Shown: piece after piece, positions 7,914-13,156 of the stretch
How the letters are laid out: each line of letters begins with the position of its first letter
Position numbering within the stretch: position 1 is the stretch's first letter
Assembly (NCBI GenBank): GCA_046758965.1
Contig: JBHIBG010000074.1
Coordinates: 1-13,156 of the forward strand
Reading direction: 5' to 3'
DNA from: Candidatus Methylomirabilia bacterium
GTDB taxonomy: Bacteria > Methylomirabilota > Methylomirabilia > Rokubacteriales > CSP1-6
DNA length: 13,156 nucleotides
Made by a program: the position numbers and the translations under genes
Notes under the pieces: generated by a model
The model's database searches: none
What the model saw: only the letters and a program-made list of their open reading frames with translations
Told to the model about the DNA's origin: nothing

Positions 7914-8140
7914 GCAACACAGAGGCCGTGAAGACGAAGCGCCTTCCGATTCTTCAGGTGCGCGGCGAGGAGTGCCGCGATGGGAGCTGCGGGTGCGGGT
8001 GCGGCTTCCCTTTCCTTCGGAGGAAAACGGACCACGCGGACGAAAACTCGGCCCACCTCACGGAAGGCTCTGCGAGGATCGCAATCCCTAAACAGCGGGC
8101 TGGAACCTCTCCCGGGCCGCCATCAAAGAGGCTTCAGTAG
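7910..8140 (+). CDS. Small Cys-rich protein (76 aa), possible metallothionein-like peptide
   Basis: GGAGGAG SD; the start overlaps the merR(B) stop (ATGA, 7910-7913). Sequence begins MSNTEAVKTKRLPILQVRGEECRDGSCGCGCGFPF. Confidence 0.6.
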   Translation: MSNTEAVKTKRLPILQVRGEECRDGSCGCGCGFPFLRRKTDHADENSAHLTEGSARIAIPKQRAGTSPGPPSKRLQ

Positions 8141-8141
8141 A

Positions 8142-8879
8142 TCATCTTGCCTGGATCTCGTGGACCCGGCGTCCCCAACCGAGAACTAGCTTGTATGTCG
8201 TTGGTGCCGGAGCGTGCTTGACAATGATGAAGACGTGGTCGGCGAAGATGGAACTGCTGTTCTCGCCCACGACGACGGCGATACCGTCGCCCAAGTCGAG
8301 GACGGTTGAGAGGTGCTTTCCCCAGAGCGCGGGTTTGCCCTCATGCGCCTGGATGAAGTTGAGCTGGATGCCCAGAGCCTTGGTAGGCGGCTGCCGGAAA
8401 GCAATCAGGTGGGGGATCACGCGGACGAGCCGCCCCGACCCTTTGAGGGCGAGATCCCGGACCTCGGTATACCACGTGTCGGGCGGAGCGATGACCCAGA
8501 CACTCTGGTCCCCGGGCTTCCCCTCCCACCGCACCTCACTCCATTGCGCAGCTTCTGCCTCGCCTTCTTGCACCTCTAGGCGCGCCCGGACCCCCCCGAA
8601 CGCTGTCGCCACCGGGGCACGGGACGCCTCGGGACTACGGCGGTAAAGCAGCACGCCGGCCGGAACCTCGCCCGTGTCGACGGTTTCGATCAGGGGGGAA
8701 TAGCCCTCAACCGGTCCTTCGCGGCGCGTGCCCGCCGACCCGAGCAGGGCGTAGAACGCCTCTTCATGGAGACTTGCGACCTGCAGCCGGTACTCGGCTG
8801 CCTCCGCCGCTAGCGGCCGCACCCAGGCGGCGAGCACCAGCGCCGCCAGGCTAATCGAGAGCACACGACTCACAATCAC
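8142..8879 (-). CDS. Exported hypothetical protein
   Basis: AAGGAGGGA SD precedes GTG 8879. Signal peptide MIVSRVLSISLAALVLAAWVRPLAAEA; 245-aa ORF with no recognised catalytic motif. Confidence 0.78.
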   Translation of the reverse strand: MIVSRVLSISLAALVLAAWVRPLAAEAAEYRLQVASLHEEAFYALLGSAGTRREGPVEGYSPLIETVDTGEVPAGVLLYRRSPEASRAPVATAFGGVRARLEVQEGEAEAAQWSEVRWEGKPGDQSVWVIAPPDTWYTEVRDLALKGSGRLVRVIPHLIAFRQPPTKALGIQLNFIQAHEGKPALWGKHLSTVLDLGDGIAVVVGENSSSIFADHVFIIVKHAPAPTTYKLVLGWGRRVHEIQAR

Positions 8880-9203
8880 TTTCCCTCCTTGTCGTGGTCA
8901 TTGCTTCTTGGGTTGAGCGTCCCTTCGAAGGTGTGATGCACGGGTCTCCTAAACGGTTTCACCGATTGTGCAACTCGCCTCCATTCTGATCAGACAGCTC
9001 ACAGTTCGGGCGCGGAATTCCTCGATGAAACACCCAGCGCCCTTGCCCCTCCGGCAATTCCTTCACGGCTGAGAGTCTTCCCGGATATCGATCGCATCCG
9101 TGCCGATCTATCGGTTCAACTCGTACCTGACGCACGCCACCGTGTAACGGTCGGGGCAGTCGATGCGCTTTCACACCGGTGGGCGACCACCACCGTGGCA
9201 AGG

Positions 9204-9219
9204 TGCAAACTGGGTGCCA
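9204..9219 (-). promoter_or_regulatory. Sigma-54 (-24/-12) promoter
   Basis: On the minus strand TGGCACCCAGTTTGCA matches TGGCAC-N5-TTGCW with correct GG/GC spacing. It is intergenic and points toward the 8879 gene. Confidence 0.72.
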
Positions 9220-9480
9220 CGCTCTTCGGCGTGGGTTTCCAACAGTTCACGCGGGTCCTTCCACTATTCTGCCCGATCCACCGGGCGCTCTTGAGGTCGT
9301 TTTGCCCGGAGAACGGGCGCTCTTCTGAGGGCGAGTCGTCTGATCACGAAACGAGGCGGTGAAGGCCCAACGCCGGTTGAGGCGCTCCGGCGAGGCGAAG
9401 AGGGTGCGGTGGAAGCGCTCGTCGGCGGGGGAAGATGCTGATACGAGGCGATCTCGGCGAGGAGTGCGGCTTCCCTTTCC

Positions 9481-10386
9481 TTATACCGGCGCGTGCTCCG
9501 AGGCAGGGCCGAGAAAGGCGTAGATCGAAGAGAAATCCTTCCGGCCCAGCCCCTGAGCCGAGGCCAGCCGGTAGAGCTGGGCTGCGGCCGAGGCGGTGAA
9601 GAGGGGGAGTCGCTGCTCCCGCCCCGCCATGACCGCCAGCCCCATGTCCTTGGCCATGAGGTCGGTCATGAATCCCGGCGCGTAGTCGCGGCTGGAGGCA
9701 GCCTTGGCCACGATTCCCGGGACCGGGTGGTTGTGCTCCATGATCCAGGTCTGGCCCGAGGACTGGCGGATCACCTGAGTCAGAATCTCAGGATCCACCC
9801 CGAACCGCTCGGCCAAGCGGAAAGCCTCGGAGACCGCCACTGTCGCGACTCCGGCGATCAGGTTGTTGCAGAGCTTGGCCACCTCCCCAGACCCCACCGG
9901 GCCCACGTGAATAATGGTGGAGCCCATCGCCGCCAGCACGGGGCGAGCCTCCTCGAGATCCTTCTGCTCACCGCCCACCATGATGGTCAGCGTCCCCTCG
10001 ACCGCCCGGGGTACCGCGCCCGATACCGGAGCATCCAGGAATCGCACCCCTTGTGCGTTCGCCCGTTCGGCCACTCTCCGCGACATCCCCGGATCTATCG
10101 TTGACATGTCCACGCAGAGCCGAGCAGGGGGGGCGCCGGCCAGGACCCCAGCCTGGCCGAGATAGGCAACCTCAACATCCGGGGAGGAAGGGAGCATCGT
10201 GACCACGATGTCGGAATTCTTCGCCACTTCCGCCGCCGAGCCTGCCACGGCGGCACCGCGGCGGCCGGCCTCGTCCAAGGCCTCGGGTTTCACGTCGCAG
10301 GCCAGCACGGAAAAGCCCGCCTTGAGGAGGTTGGTCACCATCGGGGTCCCCATGGTCCCCACGCCAATGAACCCGACACGCTTCAT
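9481..10386 (-). CDS. mmsB: 3-hydroxyisobutyrate dehydrogenase (beta-hydroxyacid dehydrogenase family)
   Basis: GFIGVGTMG Rossmann motif, DAPVSG, catalytic AKLCNN, and the MmsB-like C-terminus HPVPG...SSRDYAPGF..DLMAKD. Confidence 0.82.
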   Translation of the reverse strand: MKRVGFIGVGTMGTPMVTNLLKAGFSVLACDVKPEALDEAGRRGAAVAGSAAEVAKNSDIVVTMLPSSPDVEVAYLGQAGVLAGAPPARLCVDMSTIDPGMSRRVAERANAQGVRFLDAPVSGAVPRAVEGTLTIMVGGEQKDLEEARPVLAAMGSTIIHVGPVGSGEVAKLCNNLIAGVATVAVSEAFRLAERFGVDPEILTQVIRQSSGQTWIMEHNHPVPGIVAKAASSRDYAPGFMTDLMAKDMGLAVMAGREQRLPLFTASAAAQLYRLASAQGLGRKDFSSIYAFLGPASEHAPV

Positions 10387-10398
10387 ATGCGTATCTCC

Positions 10399-11301
10399 TC
10401 ATCGCTTGCGGAGTTGGATTCCCGCCCACTCCTCGATCAACCGGACCACCATCGTGTGATCGTCCTCGCCCATCCCCCGCGCAAGCGCCATCCGGTAGCA
10501 CTCCGCCGCCGGGGTCCCCAGGAGCGACGGCACCTGGCTCTCGCGGGCCAGCCGCACGTAGCCATCCAGGTCCTTGGCCATCAGCCGAATGGCAAACCCC
10601 GCATCGAAGCGCCCGGTGAGGATGAACTCGGGAAACTTGTAGTCGCTGGCGTTCGAGCGGCCGGAGGAGACCTGGAGGATCTCCACAGCGCGCGACGGGT
10701 CGATGCCAGCTTTGGCCGCCACCGCCACGCCCTCGGCAGTGACAAGCAGGGCCGCCGCCGAGCAGACGTTGTTGACGAGCTTTATGGCGTGGCCGGCCCC
10801 CACCGGGCCCACATGGAAGATCTTCGCGCCGAGCTGGCCGAGGATCGGGCGGATAGCCTCCAACACTGCTTCGGGGCCGCCCACCATGATGCTGAGCGTT
10901 CCTGCCCGCGCTCCCCTCACCCCGCCCGAGACCGGAGCGTCCAGGAGGACTCCGCCGCGCGCCGCGACCGCCTCCGCCAGCTCCCGAGTCACGGCAGGGT
11001 CTCCGGTGGACATCTCGAGGCACACGCTCTCCGGCTGTAATGCCGAGAGGAGCCCTTCGAACCCCTCCATGACCGCTTTCACCTCCACCGACGACGGGAG
11101 CATGGTGATGAGCACCCGCGCCTCTCGAGCCACTGCCGCAGGGCTTGCCGCCCAGACCGCGCCCCGATCCAGGAGCGGCTTGGCGGCCTCTTGGCGCAGG
11201 TCATGGATGATAAGTGAGTAGCCAGCGTCCAAGAGGCGGCCCGCCATGGGCCCGCCCATCTGCCCCAACCCGATGAACCCGATAATCCGATCGTCACCCA
11301 T
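10399..11301 (-). CDS. NAD(P)-dependent oxidoreductase, 3-hydroxyisobutyrate/tartronate-semialdehyde reductase family
   Basis: GFIGLGQMG, DAPVSGG, IKLVNN, GFAIRLMAKD. The GGAGGA SD fits ATG 11301 best (11304 is possible); the track start at 11391 is unlikely. Confidence 0.9.
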   Translation of the reverse strand: MGDDRIIGFIGLGQMGGPMAGRLLDAGYSLIIHDLRQEAAKPLLDRGAVWAASPAAVAREARVLITMLPSSVEVKAVMEGFEGLLSALQPESVCLEMSTGDPAVTRELAEAVAARGGVLLDAPVSGGVRGARAGTLSIMVGGPEAVLEAIRPILGQLGAKIFHVGPVGAGHAIKLVNNVCSAAALLVTAEGVAVAAKAGIDPSRAVEILQVSSGRSNASDYKFPEFILTGRFDAGFAIRLMAKDLDGYVRLARESQVPSLLGTPAAECYRMALARGMGEDDHTMVVRLIEEWAGIQLRKR

Positions 11302-11480
11302 CATGACTCCTCCAGCGCGAAAACTCTCGCGGGAGCCCCGTCGCCGCCCCGGATCTTCAGCGGGAAGGTGGTTAGGGATGCGCGAGATCAATCCAGCGGG
11401 GCATCAGGGATCGCCCTCCACCGCTACGCCGCGACACCAACAGGGGGGAGAAGCACGGCGGCACCCCCGGAATAAGTGGC

Positions 11481-12539
11481 TTATGAGATGCGCGTGATGG
11501 GCCGGGAGACCGCTCGGCTGAACGTACAGTTGGGCACCACAGCCGAGTGCTTCCCCGCCCCGCCGGCCACCACGACGAAAATCTCCTCTGGAGCCTGCAC
11601 CACCGGGAGCCGCGCTTCCGGGTCATCGACCGCCTGCATCCAGCGCGGCCAGTCCTGGATCCCCCACATCCCGCCCAGCCTGAGGGTCCGGAGGGGGAGC
11701 CGCGCCTGCTCGAAGAGAAACGCCTTCACGTCCGCCTTGGAGAAGCCGTCGCGCGCAACCGTGGCGGCATGCTCGGGCCCCAACACGATCAGGAGCTGGC
11801 TCTGGGAGAGGTACCACTTGACGTTGGAGCCCAGGGTGGCGGCGCTGTCGGCGACCGTGTGGAGGATTCCCGACGCCCCGGTAGAGACATGGTCGTTGAC
11901 GTTGTGAGGCCCCTCCCCCCCATACACGGTTACCACGTCGGCCTCACGCGCGTACCCCAGCTCGACGTGAAGCGGCTCCCACGGATTAGCGGCCTCGTTC
12001 TCGGCAATCGCATAGGAAAACTTCGCCGGGCTGCCGTGAGTGGCCATGTCGTGGCGCCCCGGCCAGGCCCCGCCGATGTTCAGGAGGATCAGACGCATAG
12101 CCCGGCCAATGGCGGCATTCGCCCTGAAGCCTGGACCGAAGCAGCCGGCGCCGGCATGCATGCCGATAGCCGTTGCGTAAGGGCCGTTCACAATGAGGAG
12201 CGGCGCGACGGGGTGCGTCGTGGCCTGAACCCCGTACAGGTTGAAGGCTGGGTCCAGCACGGCCCCGACCGCAGCCAGGACGACAGGGAAATACTCGGGC
12301 CGGCAGCCAGCCATTACGGCGTTCACCGCGAGCTTCTCCACTGTCGCCTCCCGCCAGAGCGGGGGCATGGGGCCCAGCGACTCATCCGGAGCCGCGCCCG
12401 CCGCCGTCAGCATAGCCTCGACTCGATCGGCAGTGGGCGGGACGATCGGCAGGCCATCGCACCACTCGCGCTCGCAGAAGGCGGCCAGGAGGGCTTCGGG
12501 AGAATCAGGAAGCTCGACGACCTCCGAGCTCAAGGTCAT
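11481..12539 (-). CDS. Uncharacterised partner protein of UGSC-type selenoproteins (352 aa)
   Basis: ATG 12539 overlaps the upstream stop (ATGA). Motifs WCDGLPIVPPT, AVNAVMAGC, QATTH, GPGFRANAAIGRA, DMATHGSPAK and VVAGGAGKHS are recalled from proteins adjacent or fused to UGSC-motif proteins. Confidence 0.8.
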   Translation of the reverse strand: MTLSSEVVELPDSPEALLAAFCEREWCDGLPIVPPTADRVEAMLTAAGAAPDESLGPMPPLWREATVEKLAVNAVMAGCRPEYFPVVLAAVGAVLDPAFNLYGVQATTHPVAPLLIVNGPYATAIGMHAGAGCFGPGFRANAAIGRAMRLILLNIGGAWPGRHDMATHGSPAKFSYAIAENEAANPWEPLHVELGYAREADVVTVYGGEGPHNVNDHVSTGASGILHTVADSAATLGSNVKWYLSQSQLLIVLGPEHAATVARDGFSKADVKAFLFEQARLPLRTLRLGGMWGIQDWPRWMQAVDDPEARLPVVQAPEEIFVVVAGGAGKHSAVVPNCTFSRAVSRPITRIS

Positions 12540-13075
12540 TGCGGGAGGCCGACCAGGCTCGCCAGCTGCTCGAGAGCCTGGTGAGCGCGACGCTGAACGC
12601 CCGCGGGCAACTCGCCGCCCAGCGGGTGGTCGATGATCAGCACGGGTAGGCCAGCAACCCCGAGGGCCCGGAGCTCCTCCACCGCGAGGGGGTGAAAGGC
12701 CGTGGTGGCGATGACTCCCGAAGGGGTCCCTCCCTTGGCCAGCTCGACGGCGTCGTGGAGACTCCACGACGTGCAGGACCCTCAGTCCGCCGAACCGGTG
12801 AAGACCACATCACACTGCTTCGCCAGCTCGGCCAGAATTTCGGGGGACGCGGGCGAGGCGGCATTGGCCTTTTTCCGGTGGACCACTGCTCGGACGCGAA
12901 AGCGCTCCGTCAGAAGCGCCGTCATCTGACCCACCAGCTGGTCGAAGTTGGCCTTGGTGTTGTCGAGGAACCCAACGGTCCGGCCGCTGAGATGGGACGG
13001 CAGGGCCGGCACCGTGATGTCAGCCTGGCGGAGCTCCCCCACGGGGCTGAGCACGCGGATCGTGTTGCTCTTCAT
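12536..13075 (-). CDS. UGSC-type selenoprotein, 179 aa, Sec at codon 98 (TGA at 12782-12784)
   Basis: Read-through gives ...DVVFTGSAD-U-GSCTSWSLHDAVELAKGGTPSGVIATTAFHPLAVEELRALGVAGLPVLIIDHPLGGELPAGVQRRAHQALEQLASLVGLPQ-stop (12536-12538). It has a UxxC motif, a downstream hairpin, and a final stop overlapping the next ATG. GGAGG SD at 13083-13087. Confidence 0.88.
12751..12771 (-). promoter_or_regulatory. Putative bacterial SECIS element
   Basis: mRNA reads UGA-GGGUCCUGCA-CGUCGUGGAG-U-CUCCACGACG: a perfect inverted repeat starting 10 nt after the UGA, folding as an 8-9-bp stem with a small G-containing loop. Confidence 0.75.
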
Positions 13076-13120
13076 GACAAGGCCTCCGTCAGATGCGAAG
13101 GGAATCGCGGACAGGACCTC

Positions 13121-13150
13121 ATTCTACAGTGTGGAGCAAAGCCAGGACAA
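13121..13150 (-). promoter_or_regulatory. Candidate sigma-70 promoter of the selenoprotein operon
   Basis: On the minus strand: TTGTCC - 18 bp - TAGAAT, about 45 nt upstream of ATG 13075. Confidence 0.5.
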
Positions 13151-13156
13151 GGCCCC

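Noticed and set aside
8876..8941. 21-codon minus-strand uORF (MHHTFEGTLNPRSNDHDKEGK) whose TGA overlaps the GTG at 8879
   Set aside because: The SD-to-start spacing is only 3 nt and there is no other support; it could easily be chance.
8959..9201. 80-aa minus-strand ORF in the intergenic region
   Set aside because: TTG start with no SD, located upstream of the predicted sigma-54 start site, and no recognisable features.
12540..12767. 76-aa N-terminal extension of ORF 11481..12767 in the track
   Set aside because: It is Arg/Pro/Gly-rich and overlaps the selenoprotein read-through region in another frame. The ATGA-coupled ATG at 12539 is the better start.
12782..12784. Reading the TGA as a nonsense mutation (pseudogene) or a true stop
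   Set aside because: The UxxC context, the adjacent hairpin and the exact coupling of the extended frame to the next gene favour selenocysteine.
1..13156. Mobile element, tRNA/rRNA or CRISPR signatures bounding the metal island
   Set aside because: No transposase or integrase, terminal repeats, structural RNA genes or repeat-spacer arrays were seen.

Overview
A GC-rich bacterial window. The style of its hypothetical proteins suggests Rokubacteria/Methylomirabilota, but this is inference only. It has four blocks. (1) The end of a NarL/LuxR-type two-component system (1-993). (2) A metal-handling island (1243-8140): an exported Met/His-rich cytochrome c, an exported protein with an amicyanin-like type-1 Cu motif, a membrane-anchored hypothetical protein, and two back-to-back operons, each headed by a MerR-family regulator with its own 20-bp-spacer promoter and dyad operator. 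The leftward operon is merR - P1B ATPase with a non-canonical YPC motif - exported Met-rich cupin; the rightward one is merR - small Cys-rich peptide. (3) An exported hypothetical protein (8142-8879) downstream of a near-consensus sigma-54 promoter with candidate enhancer sites. (4) A minus-strand operon (13075-9481). Its first gene is cut short in the ORF track because it reads through an in-frame TGA in a D-U-G-S-C motif followed by a SECIS-like hairpin, i.e. a 179-aa UGSC-type selenoprotein. It is coupled by an ATGA overlap to an uncharacterised partner and followed by two 3-hydroxyisobutyrate-dehydrogenase-family enzymes. The hidden selenoprotein operon and the dual-MerR/YPC-ATPase/Met-cupin module are the most interesting signals.
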